Assembly: GCA_013115145.1 (NCBI GenBank)
Contig: JAAPAO010000065.1
Coordinates: 1 to 64,000, forward strand
Source of the DNA: Perkinsus chesapeaki ATCC PRA-425
Lineage: Eukaryota; Protista; Perkinsozoa
Length of the DNA: 64,000 bases
Direction: 5' to 3'
A program made the translations under genes and the position numbers. Under the pieces are notes generated by a model. The model had not been told where the DNA came from. It did no database searches and saw only the letters and a list, made by a program, of their open reading frames with translations. Each line of letters opens with the position of its first letter. The first letter of the stretch is position 1. Shown piece after piece: positions 54,101 to 64,000 of this stretch.

Positions 54101-55830
54101 GAAGTTATCATCCTTAATACAGTATAGGTTTTAGATTGCCGTAATCAATCTTGAACTTCGCTGCCGATTATGCCCCCATTAGCATGGAGAAATTTGTTCC
54201 CTCAATTTTTTTTGCAAATTTTTTCGCTCAATTTCGCATTTTTTCTGTAAAATTTCATTTTTTTTCTGGAAATTTCCCCATTTTTTTGTAAATTTTCTTA
54301 TTTTTCCGTAGCCACACAGGCATATAGGGTATATTCTTAGATTCTGGTAGTATTGTTATCACTATTTTTCTATCAGGTCGGTGATCTCCTATTATCTGGT
54401 GCTGATGATGGTTCCTTTAAAGTATGGGATGTCCGTAACACTGGTCATGGTCCAATGGCAAACTTTAAATGGCATAGAGATGCTGTTACAGTAAGAGGTG
54501 GGAGGTCTTCAGGCTTTTTAAGGGCGTATGAATATATGACGTAGATTTACCACCGGAAGTAAGTCCAGTAGACATACTTCATTTCGTATTTTCACCTCAC
54601 CACCGTGTGGCTGGAAATTTACCATCCACATGGTCAGTGCTCTTAACTGCTTTGAACGTCCCCAAGAAGCCCCACTATTCCCCTTGACATTTCAATACTG
54701 GCATCCACTATCTCTTACGGATTACTTGCCATTCTATTACTCTGCTTCACGTTTCTTCCTTGTTATTTTAGTCGGTAGATTGGCACCCCTATGATGAGAC
54801 TGTATTGGCAGTGGCATCGGCCGATAATACAGTTAGTTTGTGGGATATGAGTGTTGAAGCTGATGATGATGATAATGAAGGTAAGAAGCAGATGAGGGAA
54901 TCTATACCATATCGCGCGAATATTATTTCTTCCCATTTTGGAGTAATGTAAATAGCTTTGTCGAACATCTCTAGGGACTCGGCACATTATTTCCTACTCG
55001 GAAAGTGTGGGATGTTCAATAGTCCTTTTCGACATTCCAGAGCGTTCCCCAGGGCGACTCTTATATGTGTCTTCCGTGCCTAGGAGCGCTCTTCAAATCC
55101 AGCTCAATTGAAGACACTGTATCTTCTGAGATATGGAAATTTCCCGGAAACTCTGATGGATTCCTATGATCTCTCCGCTGCGGAGACTCCGCATTAGTAA
55201 CATATTTTGATCCCACTTGTGGTCCACAAGTTGTGGATGACCTTCCGTTTTTACTATACGATGTTGTGCATGAAACTTCACCCTTTTGTGGTTCAACTTA
55301 TTTGCATTTGCTCGTAGTATGTTTCTGTATTAGGTGGCGAGCATCTCGAAGGCGAGGAGGACTACCCAGCACAGATGATGTTCTTACATCAAGGACAGAC
55401 GGGTGTCAAGGAGGTTAAGTTCCACCCGCAGCTTCCAGGGGTAAGTGGGGGATGAAATGGGGACAATCTTTGTGTGCTGCTTCAACAATGACTCGTAGCA
55501 AGCACTATATGAAATGACGACAATTACTCATTATGTGATGCTATATAGCATAACATAATAAATAATTGTCGTCACTTTATCTTATAGCTATAAGATAAAG
55601 TGACACCAGAAAATCGCCGCGACCAGCCTCCTGTAGATTTTATACTGAATCGCATTGTTAAATGCAATCTAGATAGATGATATAGCCTATTGGAATTGAG
55701 TTGAATATTGGAGGTTGTTATTATTATTATGTTCATACCGTCTTCTGTGTAGCGTATGTGGTGTTATTAGGTACTGGTTACCACAGCTTTGGATGGCTTT
55801 AATGTCTTCAAGACCTGCAACATCGACTAG
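51101..55830 (+). CDS. GRWD1: Glutamate-rich WD-repeat protein GRWD1/RRB1 (ribosome assembly), many introns
   Basis: YTMLHKAEVEWPCLSFD, YPMTCYVVAGTQA…NKIVVMK, an acidic tract, GCVNRIR, AHDTDVNVISWN, SGADDGSFKVWDVR, VDWHPYDE…SADNTVSLWD, QMMFLHQGQ…KEVKFHPQLPG and DGFNVFK. Confidence 0.92.
54190..54305. repeat. Low-complexity T-tract/AAATTT-rich intronic segment
   Basis: Repeated T5-T8 runs separated by short AAATTT/GC spacers, inside a GRWD1 intron. Confidence 0.6.
55571..55604. other. Perfect 34-bp palindrome in the last GRWD1 intron
   Basis: GTCACTTTATCTTATAG|CTATAAGATAAAGTGAC is its own reverse complement. Confidence 0.95.
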
Positions 55831-56185
55831 ATGACGGAGCAGCGGCTGCGGCGGCTGCTGCTCCAGCGGTCTAACGTATAACTTGATATCTTCCATTACC
55901 TCACCATCCTCATCCTACCAAAATCCCAACTGGAATAACGTTTCTTCGCCTATCAATTGAAGTTGCTGTTATAGTCCTCATAATGCGAATTATTTCTTGC
56001 CTTGATTTTCATAACACTAAAATGCGTCATATTAAACCGACGCAGTAAGTGTGAGTCCCTGAACTTATTGCATACTGTACCTGCGTTTTACCACTCGTAT
56101 TCCGAATTATGAGAACTAGTTTTAAGTATTCCTCCAGCCACTCCTCAGATCTTCAGCGTTGCTGCTGTACCAAAGCCTTCTGTGA

Positions 56186-59100
56186 ATGGCCACTCGCCTA
56201 TGGCTACTAGCTCCATCAAGTCGACTGCTACGCTTGGGCCTAGTCCATAGAACTCCCCAGCGGTCAAGAGCTCAACTGTTAGGGGCTACTGCTGCTGTTG
56301 TCGTTGCTGGGTTCACTTTTACCTGTTGTGGCCCAGTGGTTAATAGTAGACGGGCACTGTGTGAAGATAAGGTTGATATTGTAAGAGCAGGGCATCAGGG
56401 ACTCAACAAACGTCGTGAGGATTCTGCACTAGGGGGATGTGCCCCGCGAAGGGGAGAATTTCTCTTAGTGCGGTGGCATTATTTATAATAGTGTTAAATA
56501 AGTTATTTATGTCGTAGTGCTGTGGTGTTAGACATCGTTCTGGGGAGGTAGGCATAATAATGTTGGTTAAGTACATATTGAAAGGAAAGCGACATAATGC
56601 TTCCTTCTACAGCTTCCCTATAGTATCATTCAGTATCTTTGGGTCAATATATACATCGCAAGTGGTTTCATTTATACAGTAGTCCAACTTAGTCGCTGGA
56701 ATGTAACCTTAAAACGTTGATACAACAGATGCGAGTAAAACGTCGTCTTTAACAGTGAATTCAGAATATGTTATGGGTAGCTCTTTCACACTGAACTTGG
56801 TTGTATCTATTTGGTGGTTCGAAGTTAGAGACGTTTGCTAGGCTTATTAGAATTACTTAATAATATTACTATATAATGATTACTACTAAAATATTAATGC
56901 TTGCTTGCTTCGTAACATTCCCATATAAGGGGCAACCTGTGATCTTGATACAGTATGGTTTGTTACTTCACCCATGTCTGAATCAAATAATGGCAAACTA
57001 CTACTATGGTATTACTGTTCATGCTCCCTCTATTAGGTGGTGCCCCCTAAAGCCAGTAGGGAGGCAGTTTCCAGAGTGCATTCAAGCATCGTTGGTAACT
57101 ACGAGAACAGACTTAAGTTTTTTGCAGCGCCGGAGAAGGTATGTCTATCAACCTTATCTGTATCTTACACCCTTGGCAGGTGTTTGAATATTATGCTACT
57201 GTTGAGTGCGCCGATGGCAGTTTGGCTATGACCTTCTCTGACTTTATGCAATCTATTCTACCGTTAGTTTTCCTTTCTCTGTGTCCCACTGAAGTATCCA
57301 TAATGCAGGTATACCTTCCAAGAGACCTATTATGAGATAGATACGAGAAAGCACTTGCGAACCCTGACGCTGTTCGACCTCAACGGTGACGGCTTTTTAC
57401 AGGTCGGTCTTGGGATCCGAATGTTGCGCGTTTTCCGTAATGTAATGTTTGTCCAACTTTTCCCGTTGAGCTTCGCAAACCTACTCTGATAAGAATACCG
57501 CGCTTTTCTTCAACTCGGTTGCGTGTTTGATTTTAGTTTGATGAATTCCTTATATTGAGTGCAATAATAACAACACCTTCTAGTAAAGCAGAGGAGCTCT
57601 TTTATCATACAAGCCAGGAGGAAGGCTCTAGTGAAGGTGGGCGCCAATCCCAGCTGATGCCAGCGGATGCGTATTCAGGTGAGCTTAGTCGAGCTGGCTT
57701 CGTTAGGTTGCTGACCAATATGGTTAAGGCGTTTCCTAGGGGGAGTAAGTGGGCATCTGCTGGGGTAAGGGATACTATCGACGGTTGAATTGATAGATGT
57801 TCAGCCAATAGGCCCTACCGGACCCACGGAAGGTGTCGGATAACAGGCCATTAGAAGACATAGTGGCAGGCTCTGTGCTGGTATCGAGGCTATTCCCTGG
57901 GGAGAAGGCCGTGCTTAAGATTGAGAGGATGCGAAGATTGATTGAGGATATCTCAGAGGAAGTCTTGTAAGCTGCTGGGCAGTGGTGTAGATGATAGGGC
58001 GTCGAGGAGGGCTCATGGGGGCGACACAATTGGGACAGCAGCAGCAGGGTCACACAGCGCGATGTAGAGGTGTCTTATACAGCTTGGGAGATACCACTGG
58101 ATGTTTGAGTGGAGATACAGTTCGAGGAAAAGCTTCAAGAGCGCTCGGCTTTGGGGCGCGTGACTTTCTCCGGCAAATTGCTGGCCCAATAGGGTCTTCA
58201 TCTCTCCCGATTCCCGTCGACATCAGATACTACGAGTTTAGCTCACACGGTGATGTCCAAGGTGAAGGACCGCGCGCCACGATATCGGCCAGGGAGTTCG
58301 CGGGTCTCCTAGTTGGGTTAGTTCATCCGAGTAACACCGCTCTTTAAGGTTTGTATTACGTGCTGTTTGATCAGGGCAGATGGAAGGGATAGCTAAGCGA
58401 GTGCGTGGGATAGATTGGCAGGGAATGGGGTAGGCGGCGGTGGCGGCCAGTCGGAAGCTTTTGCTCATGGGAAGCTTGATAGGAAAATATTCCTTCTTAA
58501 TATGACATTAGTACCTCTGCAAGGAGTGGTCTAGTCGCTACCTATGTGCTGAGTGCGTGCATATGGACAGATATTTGAAGAGAGGACTTTTTAGAGGGTC
58601 TCTCCCCGAGGGTTGTTAGGTCTCCTTGAGGGAGAGAGATATGGAAGAGACTGGACGCTCTCGATCTCAGATTCAGCCCAGCTGGTCATCGTTCCGTTTG
58701 CTGTGAGCTCCTCGAGTACTTTATTACCTTTTATACTTATCAAACTGCTTATAAGCTTACTGTACTTTCGATAAAGAGTTCATTGATAATAAATAGTGAA
58801 AATGAAATACATGTCTTCTGGATAGTTTCATTGTCTGTCTGCAGTTCGTCTCTGTTCAGTCGGGTCTGTTTCGGTGCTGTAAAGGAGTTTGATAGATGCC
58901 TTAGTGGTATAATAGAGTCGAAGTCCACGGTAGAGCAAGGAGGAGATATAAGAAGTATTTCTAGGGAAGTAAGTGGTGTAGTTTACATGGGCCACTGCAT
59001 TTACAGGACTTTTCTGCAATACTGGAGGGACTGGTGAACAAGAATGCGGCATCTAAGGAAGATATGGCAGCTGTTGTTGAAGTGTTGTTCAAGTAGGTCT

Positions 59101-59550
59101 TCTCGGGCTGCTCACTCAGACATACAGTCGATACGACCGCCTTATTGTCTTGACGGGGTAAAATCGTTCTCGATAGGGGACGGGGTAAAATCGTTCTCGA
59201 TAGGGGATGGGGTAAAATCGTTCTAGCTGTATTTTACACGGAGCGTCGAATATCGTTATTATGAACCTTCTCCGTTTGTTTATCGGTATAACATACGTAA
59301 TAGATTGTTCCACTTTTAACAAGAGTGATACAGCCTCGACTCCTCTGTCATTAGACTTCTCGATAAGGACGGTAACGGTGTGCTGGATCAGCATGAATTC
59401 TTCGGCCTGTTACGTCAGCGCTCAGAAAGGTGGGTGCAGCCACCTGAGTTTATCATATCTGTCATGAACCTACTTCACGCCTTGTTCAAGTGATTGTGTG
59501 TTTCTGTCTCCCTCAGTTTGTGTATTGTGTTAATAGAGATCGCTTAGTAC
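56186..59550 (+). CDS. MICU1: MICU-family mitochondrial calcium-uptake EF-hand protein
   Basis: Presequence MATRLWLLAPSSRLLRLG…; the MICU signature GNYENRLKFFAAPEKV|FEYYAT…MTFSDFMQSILP; EF-hands DLNGDG and LLDKDGNGVLDQHEFFGLLRQR; DIRYYEF…ISAREFA. The 3' end is uncertain. Confidence 0.8.
59152..59224. repeat. 27-bp tandem repeat, ~2.7 copies, intronic
   Basis: Unit GACGGGGTAAAATCGTTCTCGATAGGG starts at 59152, 59179 and 59206 (partial). Confidence 0.9.
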
Positions 59551-59914
59551 TCAGTCTGGCCGGTAACGCCTATCGTCACTGGGCAAACCTCATCTTGCTT
59601 TGGCTGGGGAGAGAAGAAGACAAACTAGCTGGATGGAGGGAGTTGTAGTTTTCAAGATTATTATACGGATATATTGTTTAAGGAACCTCTTTGGTCTCAT
59701 CTCTGCTGCTCCTCCATCAGTGTTGTTCTATTCCTATGCCAACGCTCAGGCGTTACAGTTGATTATGATAGATATCCGCGAGACATCAACAAAACTCGCT
59801 CTTAAGCCCCCACTTGCCACTTCGTAATAGCTTCACCCTACATTTTACCACAGCACTTCGGAAACGCCCTGGATATTTCCGCCAGTTTTCGGTTCACTAA
59901 ATCCCATATCTACT

Positions 59915-61402
59915 ATGAATGCAGACGTATCTCCACCACCTATCCGACATGATAATACCGCTCTGTCTGGCCTTGCGGTTGACAGCAGTGCTGTTGGTAA
60001 TAGGTATGCTAGTGTGTGCCGAGTAAGCCTCGGTGATCCTATTGCTATATCCGATCGGGATAGGGAGCAGGCGGCGTTGGGGCCTGATCTGCTACAGTAT
60101 GAGCGGAAGGAGCTGATAAGGGCATCCAAGAGAATTAAGGTGAGGGCCTCGAAGGTGTGGAGAGGTTGGTGCTCGGCAGATGGTAGACAACTTGCTTTTA
60201 CTACCATCTTCAGTTATCAATTTAATTATAACTTCCCATTCATTTCCTTCTTACTGTATGCTTGTGTGATGGTAATATAACTCCACCTTTTAGTAGTAGA
60301 TGGACCTGTTAGATAAACTTACGGTAGACCATTAAGCGTGTGGGTGATTGATCGAGAACCCGGACAAATAATAATCTTGAGCTTGCCTTGGAAATGCTCT
60401 AGTTGTAAGTTGATAACAAGTATGCATCAACTCCAAACTTTATTATGATTTCCCTCCAACTCGAATAACAGCCATTTAGTGTGTGAGTGATCAGTGGATC
60501 GATTAGTTTAGTGGAATTCTTTGACCTCCATTATTCCGATGAGATTAGTCTCTCTGCTATATATAATATCATCTCTTATGTGTAGTTAGTTCTTGCTTTC
60601 CTCTCCCAGCACCTCGTTGTCATGGGCGTTACTATTATTATGCTAATCACTTGTCTGTTTCCAACCTTCAGACCAAGAGTGCTAGTCGTGCCAAGCAGTT
60701 GGCCCTGCGCACGCGTGCAGCAGCAGCAGCAGCGGCCACCAAGAAGCCTGTTGGAGTAGGAGGGGAGTGAAAGTCTTACTTCCCCTACGATAGTGTCGTT
60801 TGTAGGCTACCAGCGGGGGGACGGCACCAACGGCCTCTCGATCGACCGCTCCGAGTCGATCAGCACCGCCGCCGCCGCTGCAGCACACAAAGCGATCGAC
60901 AGCAAGACTTCAGCATGCTAGGTTGCTAGAGCGGTATGGTGATCTTACTAGGTTGTCATTGGAGACACAGAGTCAGTTGGAGGACTCTGAGGGCAGGATA
61001 CAGCGGTGGGATGGGGGATAATCTGATAGAAAAAACAGAAATTAGCGGCGAAAGTGTGGGGCGCTGTACGTGATCGCCCACGATATATTATGAATGTTAC
61101 CATATTTTGTATTTATTATTATAATAACCGCTTCACGTTTTTTTATGTATTATACGGAAATACTGCAGCGGCGCAATCTTTGCATTGGCACCTCGAGGGG
61201 GTCTAAGCGTGACTTTGATAAGGTTGAAAGATACTCTAGATATTTCAGGTTGCTCAAGCGAAGAGGGTCTCTGTCGGAGCAAAGAATTCAGATCGATGAG
61301 GAAGTCACCGCACTACAGCGGAAGATACGCGATATGGTTGCGGCCACATTAGAGGCTGCAGCAGCACAGCAACAACAGCAGACTAGTGCGGAGTCAGAGT
61401 AA
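59915..61402 (+). CDS. Hypothetical multi-exon protein
   Basis: Exon-like segments MNADVSPPP…ERKELIRASKRIK, TKSASRAKQLALRTRAAAAAA, ATSGGTAPTASRS and LLKRRGSLSEQRIQIDEEVTALQRKIRD…ESE*, with GT/AG borders. Confidence 0.4.
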
Positions 61403-61655
61403 GCGGGGATGATCGAATGGCGAGGTGGATCGCCGTCGTTTGTGTCGCATGTCTCCCTTGGAACTTTTGTTGTTCTATTGGGGTTCTGGATTCCGTAAAA
61501 ATATCTGTCGAACGAAGTGACTAGCTCGTGAGGGAGTGAAACGGTTAATCGATATTTTACTCCCAGTCAACAAACTGGCAGAGTATCGTTTTTTGGTTCT
61601 GCCTGCTAGTATTACCGATTGTCTTTATGAAATGTAACGCGTTTGGGGAAGGTAT

Positions 61656-64000
61656 ATGGCTGGAGTAGATCGCTGGAATGATAATGAGTACAATGTGTTG
61701 TTCATCATGACAGAGTACCGGCAAAACTATGCCGATATGGAAAGATATTTAATAGCTCATCTCGAAGACAAATGGTATGTTTTTAGTGAAACCCATGAAA
61801 CTGCATCAGCTTCTTCGAGCCAGTCTCCACCAGCAACGGATGATGTGATAGATGCCCCAGGGGCTCATCCAAAACCAACTCATCATGTGCCTACAAATCC
61901 TCATCTGAGCAGGGCCAGAGCCAGGCTGGGCAAACTAGTGCAGAGATGGAAGCCTAATCAAGATAGAGATGATAGAGTAGTAACATAGGGTTGGCGGCGG
62001 CGGTGGAGTAACTCAGTGTTGGTATTGCTCAATGGAGGGAGGCTGAGCTTTGCCCTAGTGGGGAGAGCGGTAGGGTTGGTCAGGGGGGGATAAGTGGTTT
62101 AGGGGGTCATAGTGGATAATATATTCTCCCCTTGTGGGTCACAGAGTCGAGGCGGATTCGGTAGAATTAGTATAAATGAACGGAATTAGTTAAATGTGAA
62201 TGAGGTAGTGCGATAACAACATAAGTTGGTCTCTAATAGTGATAACTTGCATAGTGTATGATAGACATTTGCCAAAGGATGCTTAACTTCGGATGAGGCG
62301 CTCTACATCGCTTCCAATAATCAATGTAATTACGATTGGTATCTGCTACCTAATAAAATTATCAATTCTCGAGGCTAGCTGTAGCTACCGACTACTTTCT
62401 GGAATAAGCTACCTAATCTGATCACCAGCATGACTCCGCCCACTGTCGTCTTGCATTTTCGTGATTGTTCAGATCGAAAAGGACCGTGAAGAAGCCGAGG
62501 AGATTCTTGCTCAGCGGCAACCATCACCAAAGCGGAGGAGGTCTCGGCCCCCGGAAATATCGATTGATATGGCGAGCGCTGTTGATGTTGAAGAGGGTGA
62601 TGGGGGCAGTCAGCAGGAGGAGGAGGAAGAGGATATGGAGATTCTGACTGAGGGGGGGGTGGCCGTAACGGATGAGGATATGGATGGTATAGAAGGATCT
62701 GAAGAGGAACATGATACCAGTGATGAGATGAGCCAAGACGACGATATATAATAATGAAGTTCAATAGCCATTCATATTAGATAAGGTAAGCTGGGGGATG
62801 ATGGCGAGGGTTGGAATATCTCACGTGGGGGGGTGGAGAATATTTCTGACAAAATTTCTGGGAATTCCGGCTAATTTTCGGGAGTTCAATTATTGTGTCG
62901 ATTTTTTAGCTCAACTGTGTGAGGGCGGGGTACATTTCAAGGCTGCTGGATATGATGGTTCGTATTTGGATATCTCCTCAGCCCACGAGATACACTAATA
63001 TGGCGGAGGCTGGCTGCTGCTGCTGCCGGTGGTGCTGCGTTGTGGGATATGTATCACTACGTTGGATCCACGTTACCATTTATACTTGGAACCATCAAAC
63101 CGTCTCATGCGTGATTATGGGGGCTTTAGTTTCTACATAAGAGAGGGCGTGATTATCAACGGGGAGATTGGAAGTACACTTTCACTATTCCACCGTCACT
63201 GGGCCAGTGACACCTGCTCAGCTCGAAACTGGGAGATGTACGATAGGAAAAATGGGCAGAAAGAGACCAGGAGTGTGAGCAACTGGGGAAGCGCTCAATA
63301 GTTTCTGAAAATCCGGGAAAAATATTTGTAGAGTTAGTCGGAATATTCGGAAATTAATAGAGATATTCGGAAAAATATTGGAAATATTCGGAAAATTATT
63401 GGAAATATTCGGGAAATTATTGGAAATATTCGGGAAATTATTGGAAATATTCGGGAAATTATTGGAAATATTCGGGAAGTTAATGGAAATATTCGAGACA
63501 TTGATATGAATATTCACACCCCTTTACAGTTACTTCACAGCTTTATCCATCTACAATGGGTTTCTGTTCCCTTAACGGCTGCTTTGAATTTTGCCGGGGT
63601 CGTCGTGCCCCTTTGCCTTCCTCTGCCTCGGGTACTGCAGCTTCGGTTCTCGGTGCTGCTGGTAAGCATAAGAAGCTCAGCTCAAGGCCATGTCGAATTC
63701 CTGAAGGGGATGGTAGGATATTTGCATCGCTCCGCTAGGAGCTGTTGTATTTTTAGAACTAACGGCATGCCTCAGTACTGCACCATATAACCTAGTAGAG
63801 ACCGCTGCTCCACATTCTCGGGCACGGTGCTGGTCGACTCCCAATATTAATAAGTATCGAGGTGACATGATGTATGTGTCCGTAGATGATCCTATACTAA
63901 GCCGATTGTAAGCCATTGGGGAGGGAGATAGCAGTCGGGTGTTTAGGAGGCCACCAATCGTTATTACTAGTACCGTTAGTTGTTAAAATATAAGTGGTAA
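61656..64000 (+). CDS. Hypothetical multi-exon protein with an acidic tract, possibly running off the window
   Basis: ATG at 61656 (MAGVDRWNDNEYNVLFIMTEYRQNY…), an acidic exon at 62461..62751, and further exon-like pieces at ~62930-63300 and ~63660-63790. These may be more than one gene. Confidence 0.35.
63341..63496. repeat. 21-bp AT-rich minisatellite, ~7 copies
   Basis: Unit GGAAATATTCGGGAAATTATT with degenerate outer copies. Confidence 0.93.

Noticed and set aside
63218-63517. ORF with NISNNFP repeats
   Set aside because: It is the translation of the 21-bp (7-codon) satellite on the strand opposite the local genes.

Overview
This is a gene-dense, intron-rich eukaryotic window, not a prokaryotic one. 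Short (30-70 nt) mostly GT-AG introns and an apicomplexan-like dUTPase point to a Perkinsus-like alveolate; that assignment is my inference, with no database check. I reconstructed about 20 spliced genes by hand. The first ~19.7 kb is all minus-strand: a truncated tRNA-Trp, a mitochondrial J-protein, a RING-H2 E3 ligase, a GSTCD-like methyltransferase, mitochondrial ribosomal protein S6, PGS1 and GAPDH. Next come aconitase A and SAH hydrolase, an ankyrin-repeat TKL kinase with an antisense tRNA-Met in one intron, dUTPase, a conserved hypothetical gene, a GH38 alpha-mannosidase, a single-domain EF-hand voltage-gated channel, ALA synthase and cytochrome b5. The window ends in a plus-strand block: beta-1/2 adaptin, GRWD1/RRB1, a MICU-like protein and hypothetical genes. 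Non-genic features are a 1.7-kb non-autonomous Tc1/mariner-type element (~169-bp TIRs, TA target duplication), five minisatellites (two contain 98-N gaps) and a perfect 34-bp palindrome. I found no CRISPR array, rRNA, SL-RNA gene or clearly novel multi-gene system. The best leads are the TIR element, the channel with a Ca-type filter, the intronic tRNA and the dUTPase terminal exons. Boundaries of multi-exon genes are approximate, and most short ORFs in the track are exon fragments or antisense shadows.
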